From a bacterium (GTDB lineage Bacteria; UBA8248; JACPRG01; G963555815): 64,000 bases of DNA. Positions 10,387 to 20,392 of this stretch are shown piece by piece. Positions within the stretch are counted from its first letter, which is position 1. Each line of letters opens with the position of its first letter. The stretch covers positions 992,001 to 1,056,000 of the forward strand of contig CBDHDG010000007.1 in NCBI GenBank assembly GCA_965261595.1, in the 5' to 3' direction. The notes under the pieces are model-generated. The model was not told the DNA's origin, ran no database searches, and was given only the letters and a program-made list of their open reading frames with translations. The position numbers and the translations under genes were made by a program.

Positions 10387-10618
10387 GTTACGGGTCCTTA
10401 CCGGGAATATTCGCGGGGCATGAAGGGATCGCCGCGGGCCGCCCCGGCCGGGGGCTCCGCCCCTCCCCCCGCCCGTCTAAATTCCCAAGAACGAAGGGCT
10501 ATCGGTGAATCCAAAGCAATTTTATCCAATATATGAGCGCCCGGGAGGTCTGTCAACGGGCCGCCATTTCCGCCCCGGGCCGCCATCGGTTTCGGGATTG
10601 TCCGCGCGGCCGGAGGTC

Positions 10619-11452
10619 TCACAGATCCCGATAGGTCTTCTGCATGAGGAGCGCGTCCTCTTCCAGGATGGGGCTTTCACAGATGAGGAGGCCGCCCGCG
10701 CGGAAATCCTTCAGCGCCTTGAGAACGCCCGCGTAGTCGAAGACGGTCTCTTTCAAAACAACGTGGTTCCTTTCGCCCTTGGGGCCGTACTCGATGCCCG
10801 ACAGGTGGATGTGCATGTCCTGGAGGCCCGCGTCCCCAAGCCGGGTCCGCACGGATTCCAGGATTTCGCAAAATTCCGCGTAACTATTGTACTTTCCCGT
10901 GTTCCGGGCGTAGACGTGGGAGAAATCGATGCAGGGCCGGACGCCTTTGATCTCTTTGGCCAAACGGAGGGTTTCATCGAGGGAGCCGAACTGGGAGCCC
11001 TTTCCCGTCGTCTCGGGGTCCAGGCCGACATCGACCTTTTCCTTGCGAAGCTGGACGGTGAGCTCGCGCAGGTGCTTTTTGACCTTCGGATAGACCTCCT
11101 TGGAAGCGCCCCCCATGTAGAACGCCGGATGAAAGGCCACGCCCCGCGCACTGAAGAAATGGCCGATCCGCGCGGAGTTCAGGATGCGCTCCCGGCTGGC
11201 CTCGACCTTTTCCGGCTCCAGGGAGTTCAGGTTGATCCAGTACGGACCGTGGACGGAGAGGGCCACGTCGTTCTCCCGCGCCGTCTCACCGACCTCGCGG
11301 GCCAGCTTTTCCTTCATGCGGACGCCCTGGACGAACTCCACCTCCATGCAGTCGAGGCCCAGCTCCCGGATGCGCCGAACCCCGTCCAGCGTGCCCTTCT
11401 TGCCCCCCGTGCTGGCGGGGACCCCGGCCGTGCCGAACAACAAGTCGCTCAT
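10619..11452 (-). CDS. endonuclease IV-like TIM-barrel protein
   Basis: FGTAG, HGPYWINL, PETTGK.SQFG, CIDFSH, HIHLSGIEY, ICESP. Confidence 0.8.
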   Translation of the reverse strand: MSDLLFGTAGVPASTGGKKGTLDGVRRIRELGLDCMEVEFVQGVRMKEKLAREVGETARENDVALSVHGPYWINLNSLEPEKVEASRERILNSARIGHFFSARGVAFHPAFYMGGASKEVYPKVKKHLRELTVQLRKEKVDVGLDPETTGKGSQFGSLDETLRLAKEIKGVRPCIDFSHVYARNTGKYNSYAEFCEILESVRTRLGDAGLQDMHIHLSGIEYGPKGERNHVVLKETVFDYAGVLKALKDFRAGGLLICESPILEEDALLMQKTYRDL

Positions 11453-11503
11453 TTTTCAATCCCAATCGTCTTCGAAGACCGCATTCGGAAAGATGATTCC
11501 GCT

Positions 11504-12136
11504 TCATCCCCGGGAAAAACCCGCCGGGCTCCTCACCCACGGCCCGAGCCTTCGCCAGAGCGCGTCCTTTCCCATCCCGTTGGCGGCGGAGAACGTCACC
11601 GGGTCCTCGGGGCCGAGGGACAGGTCCTTTCTCACCCGGGCCGACGCGGCCGCGCGCTTGGAAGCCGAGAGCTTATCCGCCTTGGTCAACACCACGAGGG
11701 CCGCCATCCCTTTGGAGGCGAGCCATTCGAGCAGGTCCCGGTCCATGTCCCCGGCGCCGCGCCGGATGTCCAGGATGACGACGACCCCTTGAAGCGGCGC
11801 CCGGACCTCCAGATACGACTCGACCATCTTTCCCCAGGCCTGCCGGACCCGCTCCGGCGCCTTGGCGTAGCCGTAGCCCGGAAGGTCCACGAACCGGAAC
11901 TCCGTCCCGCCCCCTTTCCCCCCCCCGCCCGTCCGAATCCGGAAGAAATTCAGGGTCTGCGTCTTGCCCGGCGTCGAGCTGGTCTTCACAAGCCCCTTGC
12001 GGCCCATGAGGGTGTTCATCATGGAGGACTTCCCCACGTTGGACCGGCCGGCGAAAGCGACCTCGGCCAGAGGGTCCTTGGGACAGTCCTTCCCGTGGAC
12101 AACCGATTTCTCGAACTCAGCGGCGATAACCTTCAT
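11504..12136 (-). CDS. engB: ribosome biogenesis GTPase EngB/YsxC
   Basis: GRSNVGKSS, PGKTQ, DLPGYG, TKADK. Confidence 0.95.
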   Translation of the reverse strand: MKVIAAEFEKSVVHGKDCPKDPLAEVAFAGRSNVGKSSMMNTLMGRKGLVKTSSTPGKTQTLNFFRIRTGGGGKGGGTEFRFVDLPGYGYAKAPERVRQAWGKMVESYLEVRAPLQGVVVILDIRRGAGDMDRDLLEWLASKGMAALVVLTKADKLSASKRAAASARVRKDLSLGPEDPVTFSAANGMGKDALWRRLGPWVRSPAGFSRG

Positions 12137-12237
12137 CTACCCTCCAAGGGGGGGCGGGGGGGAGGGGGGAGGGGGGGGACGGCCCCTTCCATAAATCGTG
12201 GCCGTAGATCCCAAAACCGGACCCTCAGGGGTTCGGC

Positions 12238-13037
12238 TTACCGGGACCGCAGGGAGACGGCCGCCCGCGCCAGGCGCGGGAGGATCTCGCCCGCGTCTCC
12301 GGCCAGGACGGCGTCCGCCTCGACGTCCAGCGGGGTTTCCTCCCGGTTGACGATGATCAGCCTGGCCCCCCGGGCCTTCGCCCGGGCCGGAAGGCCGGCC
12401 GCCGGCTGGACGGCCAGGGACGTGCCGACGACCAGGAAAACGTCCGCCCGGTTCGTCCACTCAACGGCCCGGTCCATCCGGTCGCGGGGAATGCCCTCGC
12501 CGAAAAAACGGCGTCGGTCTTCTGGATGCCCCCGCACGACGGGCAATTCGGCGGAAGATCCCCTGCCGCCACCCGGCGGTTGACGGCCTCGCGGGTTTCC
12601 CGGATCCCGCAATCCAGGCATATCACCCAGTGGGAGGTGCCGTGGATCTCGATGAGGTCCTCTTCCGGGAACTCGGCCTTCTGGTGCAGTCCGTCGGTGT
12701 TCTGTGTAACGACCCTCCGGAGGACGCCCTTCCTGTTCAGGTCCGTCAGCGCGCGGTGTCCGCCGTGGGGGACCGCCCGCAGGTTTTGGGCGTAATACTC
12801 GGGCGTCATCCGCCAGTAGCGGACGCGGGAATCGAGGTTGCCGACGTAGTGGCGGTAAGTGAAATCCCGCTGATCCAGCCGCGTCCAGATCCCGCCGGGA
12901 GAGCGGAAGTCCGGAATGCCCGATTCCGTTCCCAGACCGGCCCCGGTCATGGCGACGGCGAACCGGCTTTCCGCGAGCCAGGCGGCCGGCCCCTCAATCT
13001 CTTCAGAGACTTCGTCGAGAGAGCCCACCCGCTTCAT
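12238..13037 (-). CDS. cobB: NAD-dependent deacylase (sirtuin), apparent frameshift near 12510
   Basis: TGAG..ESGIPDFRS, TQNTDGLHQKA, EIHG, CxxC..CxxC; C-terminus VVGTSLAVQPAA in another frame. Confidence 0.85.
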
Positions 13038-14011
13038 CACCCCAGAAAAAAGACGGCCATCAACGCCAGATACACCAGGTACATTCCGGTCAACATTCCG
13101 CCCTTCATCCGGCTCACACCGCGGCCCGACAACCCGAACACCAGGAGCGCGATGATCATCAAGAGCGTGAAAGGGAGATCCAGAACCCGGTTCTGCTCGA
13201 CGATGGGCAGCGGGATCACGATCGCGCTGGCCCCCATGACCCAGAAAACGTTCAGGACGTTCGCCCCCAGAATGTTCCCCAGACTCATGTCCATATGGCC
13301 CTTGATCATCGACGCGACGGCCAGGGTGATCTCGGGAAGGGACGTCCCCACCGCGACAATCGTCAGGCCGATGATGAGATCCGAGACCCCCGCGTGGCGG
13401 GCGATCTGCGCGCTGTTCTGGACGAGCAGAATGCTTCCCGCGCCCACCGACGCCGCGCCGACGAGGAACCAAAGACCCTGCCGGACCCATTCAGCCTTCT
13501 CGACTTTCGGCGCTTCCTCTTTCGGGCCGTCCCCGGCCGAGGACAGACGCCAATTGTAAACCAGGAAGGCGACGGCCCCCAGGATGAACATGATGCCCAC
13601 GGGCCGCCCGACGGATTCCCGGCCCAGGGCCGCGGCCCACAGCGCGGCCGCCGCCCCCAAGGCGAACAGGGCCTGCCTCATGAAGATCCGCCGCGTCACG
13701 GCAATCGTCCCCACCAGGGCCGAGAGACCGACGACCAGGCCGATGTTGCACAGATAGGAGCCGACCGCGTTCCCCACGGCCAGGAGGGGCTTGCCCAGGA
13801 AGGCCGCGCTGAAGGAGACGGCGAACTCGGGAAAGGTCGTGGCGAGACTGACAATCGTCGCGCCGACGACCACCTTGGGGATGTCGGCCGCGCGGGAGAT
13901 GAAGACCGCTCCGTCCAAAAATTTCACCGCTCCCCAGACCATCAGGGCGGCGCCCGCCGCAAAGAGGACAGCGTTCCATCCCAGACCCAGCCCCGCAAAC
14001 AAAGATTCCAC
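13037..14011 (-). CDS. calcium/sodium antiporter (YrbG-like)
   Basis: Two alpha repeats ATTFPE/GTSLPE, GNAVGS/GNILGAN; hydrophobic. Confidence 0.9.
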   Translation of the reverse strand: MESLFAGLGLGWNAVLFAAGAALMVWGAVKFLDGAVFISRAADIPKVVVGATIVSLATTFPEFAVSFSAAFLGKPLLAVGNAVGSYLCNIGLVVGLSALVGTIAVTRRIFMRQALFALGAAAALWAAALGRESVGRPVGIMFILGAVAFLVYNWRLSSAGDGPKEEAPKVEKAEWVRQGLWFLVGAASVGAGSILLVQNSAQIARHAGVSDLIIGLTIVAVGTSLPEITLAVASMIKGHMDMSLGNILGANVLNVFWVMGASAIVIPLPIVEQNRVLDLPFTLLMIIALLVFGLSGRGVSRMKGGMLTGMYLVYLALMAVFFLG

Positions 14012-14021
14012 GCTTAGATCC

Positions 14022-14732
14022 TCAATCGTCCCTGTTTTTCTCGGGCGCGATGAGGACGACGTACTCCCCCCTCGCCTTCCTCCGGCCGATCTTTTCCGCC
14101 ACTTCCCGCACGGTTCCGCGAAGGAACTCCTCGTGGATCTTCGTCAATTCCCGGGCGATGACAACCTGCCGTCCGGCCATCCGCTCCTCCAACTCCGATA
14201 AGAGCTTTGCGATCCGGTGGGGCGACTCGAAGAGAACAACCGTCCGGGTCTCGCGGGACAATTCTTCGAGACGCCTCTGTCTTCTGCCGGACTTGACCGG
14301 CAGAAACCCCTCGAAGGCGAAGCGGTCGGTGGGGAGCCCGCTCGATGAAAGCGCGGCGGTCAGGGCCGAAGGCCCCGGAATCGGGACCACGTCAATCCCG
14401 GCCTCTATCGCCCGTTTCACCAGGTAGTAGCCCGGGTCCGAGAGACCGGGGGTCCCGGCGTCGGTGACCAGGGCCACGCTCTCTCCCTGTTCCAGCCGCC
14501 GGAGGAGGCCGGGCGTCCGGGCTTCCTTGTTGTGATCGTGGTGGCTCTCCAGCCGTTTTCCGGCGATCTCGCACCGGGACAGGAGCTTTCGGGTGCGGCG
14601 CGTGTCTTCCGCCGCGATCAGGTCGGCCTCCGCGAGGGTCTTCAGCGCCCGCAGTGTGATGTCTTCCAAATTCCCGATGGGGGTTCCCACAATGTACAGG
14701 ACGCCCGCCCGGGGCTTCGCTTCCCGTTCCAT
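14022..14732 (-). CDS. rsmI: 16S rRNA C1402 2'-O-methyltransferase
   Basis: GTPIGNLEDITLRAL, AEDTR, DAGTPGLSDPG, ESPHR, RELTKIHEE. Confidence 0.95.
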   Translation of the reverse strand: MEREAKPRAGVLYIVGTPIGNLEDITLRALKTLAEADLIAAEDTRRTRKLLSRCEIAGKRLESHHDHNKEARTPGLLRRLEQGESVALVTDAGTPGLSDPGYYLVKRAIEAGIDVVPIPGPSALTAALSSSGLPTDRFAFEGFLPVKSGRRQRRLEELSRETRTVVLFESPHRIAKLLSELEERMAGRQVVIARELTKIHEEFLRGTVREVAEKIGRRKARGEYVVLIAPEKNRDD

Positions 14733-14848
14733 GCGAACATTCTAATCGAGGTCGGCGTCTCCCGGCGAGGGCATTCCCCGGTTGAATCGGGGACGCCGGA
14801 AAGGATACCATGGGCCGGCACCCGTGGATGGGAAAGAGGGGGAAAGAC

Positions 14849-15916
14849 GTGAGGGTTTATGAAAGCCTGATCCGGCCGGCGCTCTTTCGGCTCTCCGCCG
14901 AGCGGGCGCACGACCTGGCGAAGCGGGCCCTGGCGGCGGAGGCCCCGTGGCGTCTTCTGTCGGGCCGGTTTCAAACCTGCGATCCCCGCTTGGAGATGGA
15001 GGTGGGCGGGCTGCGGCAGGCCAACCCCATCGGTCTGGCGGCGGGACTGGACAAGGACGCCGACGCCCTCCCCGGTCTGGCCCACCTCGGCTTCGGCAGC
15101 CTCACCGTCGGCACCATCATGCCCGGGGTCAGAAAGGGGAACCCGAAGCCCCGGCTGGTGCGCCTGCCCGAGCGGATGGCCGTCATCGATCACATGGGGC
15201 TTCCATCGAAAGGGCTGGACCGCGCGGTCCGCAAGCTGCGAAGGTTTCGGGCGGCCCATCCCCCCGGTGAGGGTCGTCCTCCCCTGATCGTCAGCGTGGG
15301 CGGCCTCACGGTCGAGGAGGTGCTCGCCGGACACGAGGCGGTGGAGCCCCTGGCGGACGCCGTCGAGTTCGACCTGACCTGTCCGAACGTGACCGAGCGG
15401 GGGGATTTCGAAACCATGGATGGAATCTCGCGGTTCGTGGAACGGCTCGTGACGCAGCGGCGCAAGCCCCTGTTTTTCAGACTGCCGCTGCGGCTCTCGG
15501 ACGAGAACTGGCGAAAGGCCCTCGCCCTGTGCGAGGTGGCCGCGAAATACGGGGTGGACGGGGTGACGCCGGCGGGTGGACTCCCGGCCGAGGACGCGCG
15601 GCTGGCGCTCGGCAAGGGCGCCCTGGCGGGAAAACCCCTGCTCGAGAACTCTCTACGCATCGTCCGGGACCTGCGAAGCGCGGTGGGCGATGATCTCGCC
15701 ATCCGGATCGCCGGCGGCGCCACCGACGGGGAATCGGTCTTCCGTCTCCTGGAGGCCGGCGCGGACGCGGTCAACATCCTGACGGCCTTCATCTATCGGG
15801 GTCCGGGCGCGGCGGCGGCGATGAACCGCGAGCTCCTGAAGAAAATGGACGAGGCCGGCGTAAAGTCCGTCCGGGACCTGGGCGTCAAATCCCGGCGAGC
15901 GGCGGCGGGCGGGTAG
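14849..15916 (+). CDS. pyrD: dihydroorotate dehydrogenase-like FMN enzyme (copy 1)
   Basis: LFRLSAERAH, NPIGLAAGLDK, GNPKPRL, TCPN, TAFIYRGP. Confidence 0.75.
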   Translation: MRVYESLIRPALFRLSAERAHDLAKRALAAEAPWRLLSGRFQTCDPRLEMEVGGLRQANPIGLAAGLDKDADALPGLAHLGFGSLTVGTIMPGVRKGNPKPRLVRLPERMAVIDHMGLPSKGLDRAVRKLRRFRAAHPPGEGRPPLIVSVGGLTVEEVLAGHEAVEPLADAVEFDLTCPNVTERGDFETMDGISRFVERLVTQRRKPLFFRLPLRLSDENWRKALALCEVAAKYGVDGVTPAGGLPAEDARLALGKGALAGKPLLENSLRIVRDLRSAVGDDLAIRIAGGATDGESVFRLLEAGADAVNILTAFIYRGPGAAAAMNRELLKKMDEAGVKSVRDLGVKSRRAAAGG

Positions 15917-15948
15917 TCCTCCATCCGCTGTCCCAGGAGGGAGAAGTC

Positions 15949-17013
15949 ATGGGTCTGTACGAGCGCGTTCTCCGTCCCGCGCTGTTTTGTCTCCCGGCCG
16001 AGACCGCCCACAACCTGGGCAAGCGGGCTCTCTCCGTGGAACTGCCGTGGCGTCTCCAGGCGGGGAGATATCGGGTCGCCGACCCCCGGCTGGAAACCGA
16101 GGTTGCGGGCCTTCGGCAGAGCAGCCCCTTCGGCCTGACGGCCGGGTTCGACAAGGACGCTCTCGCCCTTCCGGGCCTCGCCCACCTCGGCTTCGGGAGC
16201 GTCACGGTGGGGGCCATCATGCCGGCGCCCAGGGAGGGGAACCCCAGGCCCCGGCTGAGCCGCCGGCCGGAAGAACGGGCGCTGCTCAACTGCATGGGGC
16301 TCCCTTCCCGGGGGCTGGCGTACGCCGTGCGGAACCTGCGGCGGCATCGCGCGTCTCATCCGGCCGGCGGACCCCCGGTCATCGCGAACGTGGGCGGGTT
16401 CACCATCGAAGGGATCCTGGGTTGCTTCCGGGCGGTGGAGCCTTATGTGGACGCCGTCGAGCTGGACCTGACCTGCCCCAACGTCCGGGTGGAGGGCGAG
16501 CTGGCCCGGATGGAGGGCATCGTCAAGGCCATGAAGATCATCATGGCGGAGCGCGCGAAGCCCCTCCTCACAAAGCTCCCCCTTCGCTCGACGGAAGAGA
16601 GCTGGCGGCGGGCGCTGGACATGACGAGGGCGGCCGTCGAGGCCGGACTGGAGGGCGTCACCGCGGCGGGGAACCTCCGGGTCGAGGACGGCCGGCTCTC
16701 GAAACGGCAGGTTTCCCTGACGGGGCCGCCCTGCCTGGAGAACACCCTCGAAGTCGTCCGGGAGCTGCGGGCCGTTGCGGGAGAGGGATTCACGATCCGC
16801 ATGTCGGGCGGCGCGTCCGATGGCGCGGGCGTCTTTCGCCTTCTGGAAGCCGGCGCGGACGCGGTGAACGCCTTCACGGCCTTCGTCTATCAGGGTCCGG
16901 GCGTCGCGGCGCGGGTCAACCGGCAGCTTCTCGAAAAGATGGACGCGGAAGGCGTGCGGTCCGTCGGCGAGATTCGGGAGAGCCGGGCCGCGCCCAAGAC
17001 AGCCGTTTCATAG
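15949..17013 (+). CDS. pyrD: dihydroorotate dehydrogenase-like FMN enzyme (copy 2)
   Basis: Tandem paralog: PFGLTAGFDK, GNPRPRL, TCPN, TAFVYQGP. Confidence 0.75.
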   Translation: MGLYERVLRPALFCLPAETAHNLGKRALSVELPWRLQAGRYRVADPRLETEVAGLRQSSPFGLTAGFDKDALALPGLAHLGFGSVTVGAIMPAPREGNPRPRLSRRPEERALLNCMGLPSRGLAYAVRNLRRHRASHPAGGPPVIANVGGFTIEGILGCFRAVEPYVDAVELDLTCPNVRVEGELARMEGIVKAMKIIMAERAKPLLTKLPLRSTEESWRRALDMTRAAVEAGLEGVTAAGNLRVEDGRLSKRQVSLTGPPCLENTLEVVRELRAVAGEGFTIRMSGGASDGAGVFRLLEAGADAVNAFTAFVYQGPGVAARVNRQLLEKMDAEGVRSVGEIRESRAAPKTAVS

Positions 17014-17091
17014 TCCGAGGCGGCGACGCCCCCCTCCCTCCCCTCCCCCCCTCTTTCTCAGAATGATCATCATCGGCTCAACGGGGATGCC

Positions 17092-17841
17092 ATGTTGAAA
17101 GCAATGATCCGATCCGCTTGGCGCTCGGCGATCAGAAGTTGTCTCGTGATTCATAGAAGGAGCGCGCCCAAAGGATTGAGGCCGGAGGATGCAAAGTTTC
17201 TCATGACTTTGGCGTTGGGGGATCAAACCATCTACGATGTGGGCGCGTATAAAGGTTATTACACCCTCTTTTTTTCCCGGGCCGTCGGGAGCGGGGGGGG
17301 TGGGGGTGGGGGGAAGATCGTCGCGTTTGAGCCGCATCCCGACAACCATAAGAAGCTTCTGAAAAGGATAAAGCTCAACCTGCTGGACAACGTGGAAGCG
17401 CGGCAGGTCGCCATCGGAAATGAAACTGGCCGGAGGACGCTGGCCTTCCGGGATACGGATTCCGGGACATCGAGCCTCCAAGAAGAGATGAAGGCGAAAA
17501 TTCTCCATGAAAAGAGCGCGGGGAGCGTAGAAGTCGAAATCGATTCACTGGATCGCCAGGCCGCCGCACATCGCTTCCCGAAGCCGGACCTGATCAAGAT
17601 CGATGTCGAAGGGTTTGAAATGGATGTCCTGCTCGGGATGAGTGAAACGATAAGAAACCATAAACCCAAGCTTTACATCGAAATCCACGGAGTCGACGCG
17701 GAAAGCAAAATCGCAAACGTGCGGAAAGTCGTCGAATTCTTATCGGGATGGACGTATGCGATTCACCACGTTGAATCCGGAGCGATGATCAACCCGGACA
17801 ACAGTCAAATCGCCAAAGAGGGCCACTTGTACTGCACTTAG
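17092..17841 (+). CDS. FkbM family methyltransferase
   Basis: YDVGAYKG, AFEPHP, IKIDVEGFE. Confidence 0.9.
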   Translation: MLKAMIRSAWRSAIRSCLVIHRRSAPKGLRPEDAKFLMTLALGDQTIYDVGAYKGYYTLFFSRAVGSGGGGGGGKIVAFEPHPDNHKKLLKRIKLNLLDNVEARQVAIGNETGRRTLAFRDTDSGTSSLQEEMKAKILHEKSAGSVEVEIDSLDRQAAAHRFPKPDLIKIDVEGFEMDVLLGMSETIRNHKPKLYIEIHGVDAESKIANVRKVVEFLSGWTYAIHHVESGAMINPDNSQIAKEGHLYCT

Positions 17842-17940
17842 TGTTCCTGTTTGAGACATTCGCATAAGAAGATCTCCCCCGCTCTAGGGTTTTGTTGGAC
17901 ACTCGATTGATCCATGATTCATGGAGAAAGGGGTGTCGCG

Positions 17941-18328
17941 ATGAACGAACAAAAGCAAGAGGGGGCTTTGGCGGAGGGCGCCCGCAGGGCGAACGGAGCC
18001 AAGGCCCCAGGGCATCGCAGTGAGCGGGGTCGGTTCTCCTGCCAGGCGCAAGCGGGAGGCGGTCCTGCGTCTTTTGCGGGGCGAGAGCCTGGAGACGCTC
18101 TGCCGCGAGTTGGGCACGACAGCGGCTCGGCTTTCCGCCTGGCGCGAGGCGTTCCTTCGCGCGGGCGAGGCGGCGCTCAAAGCCCGCCCGGCGGATGAGC
18201 GGGACGAGGAGAACGCCCGGCTCAAGGCCAAGGTGGGCGAACTCACGATGGAGGGCGAGGTCCTGCGGGAGAAGATCGACCGCCTGGAGGCCGGCCGCCC
18301 TTTAGCCGGCAGGAGGTGGAGGCGATGA
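17941..18328 (+). CDS. IS3 transposase OrfA (apparent 1-bp indel near 18040)
   Basis: RGRFS/ARRKREAVLRLLRGESLE HTH; LKAKVGELTME zipper. Confidence 0.75.
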
Positions 18329-19233
18329 GTCAGGCCCGCTTCACCTCCACGGGCAGAGCTTACGGCCTGAAGCGGGTGTGCGCCCTTTGGGGCTTGGCGC
18401 GCTCCACGGTCTACGCGCAACGGCGGCGAGAGGCGGTCCCCGTTCATGAACGCCCCACGCCCAATAAGCGCGGCCCTGTGGGCCCGTGCACCGATGCGGA
18501 ACTCCTCGGCCACATCCGGCAGGTCCTGGAGGACTCTCCCTTCCATGGCGAGGGCTACCGCAAGGTGTGGGCGAGGCTGCGCTTCGCGGGCATCCGCACC
18601 AGCAAGGAGCGGGTGCGTCGCCTGATGCGGGAGGCGGGGCTTCAGGCCCCCCACCGGGTGGGCAAACCCCGAGGTCCCAAGGCCCACAACGGGACCATCC
18701 GCACCGAGCGGCCCGACCGAATGTGGGGCACGGACATGACGACGACGGTGACCACCGAGGAGGGGATGGCCTCGGTGTTCGTGGCGGTGGATCACTGCTC
18801 GGTGGACTGCGTGGGGATCCATGCGGCCAAGAGCGGCAACCGCTTCGAGGCCCTGGAGCCGATCCGGCAGGGGGTCGCCGAGCGCTTCGCCGGCTTGGAG
18901 GCGGACGTCGCCGAGGGGCTTAAAGTTCGTCACGACCACGGCCCCGCCTATCTGTCCGATGACTTTCAGCGGGAGATCGCCTACCTGGGCATGACCAGTT
19001 CGCCCAGCTTCGTGCGGGCGCCCGAGGGAAATGGCTACTGTGAGTGGTTCATCCGCATCTTGAAGGAGAATCTCCTGTGGGTGCGCTCTTTCGCCACCGT
19101 AGAGGAACTGCGGTGGGCGTTGCTTGAGTTCAAGAACCTGTATAACCATCATTGGATTCTCGAGGGCTACGGCTACCGAACGCCGGCCCAGGCAAGGCAG
19201 GAAAAACTCGCTCAAGTTGCGGAGGCCGCATGA
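18316..19233 (+). CDS. IS3 transposase OrfB (DDE)
   Basis: GYRKVWARL, WGTDMT, RHDHGPAY, PEGNG..E. Confidence 0.9.
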   Translation: MEAMSQARFTSTGRAYGLKRVCALWGLARSTVYAQRRREAVPVHERPTPNKRGPVGPCTDAELLGHIRQVLEDSPFHGEGYRKVWARLRFAGIRTSKERVRRLMREAGLQAPHRVGKPRGPKAHNGTIRTERPDRMWGTDMTTTVTTEEGMASVFVAVDHCSVDCVGIHAAKSGNRFEALEPIRQGVAERFAGLEADVAEGLKVRHDHGPAYLSDDFQREIAYLGMTSSPSFVRAPEGNGYCEWFIRILKENLLWVRSFATVEELRWALLEFKNLYNHHWILEGYGYRTPAQARQEKLAQVAEAA

Positions 19234-19332
19234 GGTCGAATACCCTCACCCGAGTGTCCAATAACCCAGGGGCGGTCCATCAACTCGTAGCGGAATTATG
19301 CCCTTGACAAAGTAGGCCACAAGGTCTATATT

Positions 19333-19503
19333 CTAGGGTATGGCTGATTCATCGTTCACTTCAGCGTCTTTCGACCTTTCGCCCACAATCTTGTCTACTT
19401 CCTTCATAACCCGTTTTCCGAATATCTTCTCCATAAAATCATGGCCCGAAAGTTCGAGGTCTTCCTTTTTCAGTTCGTCTTTCTCTTTGGGGGATTGACC
19501 CAT
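19333..19503 (-). CDS. small hypothetical protein inside IS1595
   Basis: 56-aa ORF MGQSPKEKDELKKEDLELSGHDFMEKIFG... divergent from the transposase. Confidence 0.45.
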   Translation of the reverse strand: MGQSPKEKDELKKEDLELSGHDFMEKIFGKRVMKEVDKIVGERSKDAEVNDESAIP

Positions 19504-20392
19504 GGACATGAACCTCGTTTCCTTGATGGACCGCTTCAACTGCGATAAAAAGTGCCGAAAGGCCCTGGAGCATATCCGGTGGCCCAATGGTGTCGCCTGC
19601 ACCCGTTGCGGCGATATGGACGTTCTTCCTCTTCCCAAACACTGCCGATGGGAATGTAAGTCATGCGGCTACCAGTTCAGCGTCATGTCGGGGACCATCA
19701 TGCACGATTCTCATCTTGCCCTTCGCAAGTGGTTCCTGGCGATCTACCTGATGTGCGAGTCGAAGAAGGGGATTTCCGCCCTTCAGATGAAGAGAACGCT
19801 TGGGACAACCTACCGGACGGCCTGGCACCTGTGCCACCGCATCCGCGAGGCGATGGGCAATGATCCGTTTGAGGGGCCTACGCTTCTCGGAGTGGTAGAG
19901 GTCGATGAAACGCTTGTGGGAGGCAAGAAGAAGGGCAAGGGCCGTGCCTACAAGGGCAACAAGGTTTGGGTCGCAGGAGCCATCCAGCGAGGCGGCAAGG
20001 TCCGGGTCGAGCGTATCTCCGACGTGAAACGTCACACGCTCCATGGATTCATTAGCCGCGCCGTTCGGGACGAAGCCGAGGCCATCTATACGGACGAATT
20101 GAAGTCCTACCTGGGAATTGCCGACAACAATACGCGCCATGAGACGGTCAACCATTCAGCCGAACAATGGGTCATTGGCGAAGTTCACACCAACAGCATA
20201 GAAGGTGTTTGGAGCCTATTCAAGCGTTCCCTGATGGGTGCGTTCCACAAGATGAGCGCGAAGCACATGGACCGCTACCTCGAAGAGCTTGAATGGCGGT
20301 TCAACAACCGGAACAACCCGAATCTATTCCAAGATACCCTTGCCCGCATTATGGACACTAAGAATCTGACTTATCGGGAGTTGGTGGCTTAA
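19502..20392 (+). CDS. IS1595 (ISXO2-like) transposase
   Basis: RWPNG.ACTRC zinc ribbon, VEVDET, IYTDE, VNHS, HTNSIEGVWS, YLEELEWRFN. Confidence 0.95.
   Translation: MDMNLVSLMDRFNCDKKCRKALEHIRWPNGVACTRCGDMDVLPLPKHCRWECKSCGYQFSVMSGTIMHDSHLALRKWFLAIYLMCESKKGISALQMKRTLGTTYRTAWHLCHRIREAMGNDPFEGPTLLGVVEVDETLVGGKKKGKGRAYKGNKVWVAGAIQRGGKVRVERISDVKRHTLHGFISRAVRDEAEAIYTDELKSYLGIADNNTRHETVNHSAEQWVIGEVHTNSIEGVWSLFKRSLMGAFHKMSAKHMDRYLEELEWRFNNRNNPNLFQDTLARIMDTKNLTYRELVA

Larger units (their letters stand above)
17875..19279 (+). mobile_element. IS3-family insertion sequence
   Basis: orfA+orfB; imperfect IRs sharing GGGTT..TTGGACACTCG; right end ...GGTCCA at 19279; left tip degenerate; no TSD seen. Confidence 0.8.

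Noticed and set aside
7168..17313. Poly-G/C tracts (about 7168, 11910, 12147, 17030, 17293) as contingency loci
   Set aside because: They fall in low-complexity Pro/Gly linkers or intergenic DNA with frames intact, and their lengths are unreliable in this assembly.
17841..17847. GTGTTCC after the FkbM stop, matching the start of the CRISPR repeat
   Set aside because: Only 7 bp with no hairpin; expected by chance.
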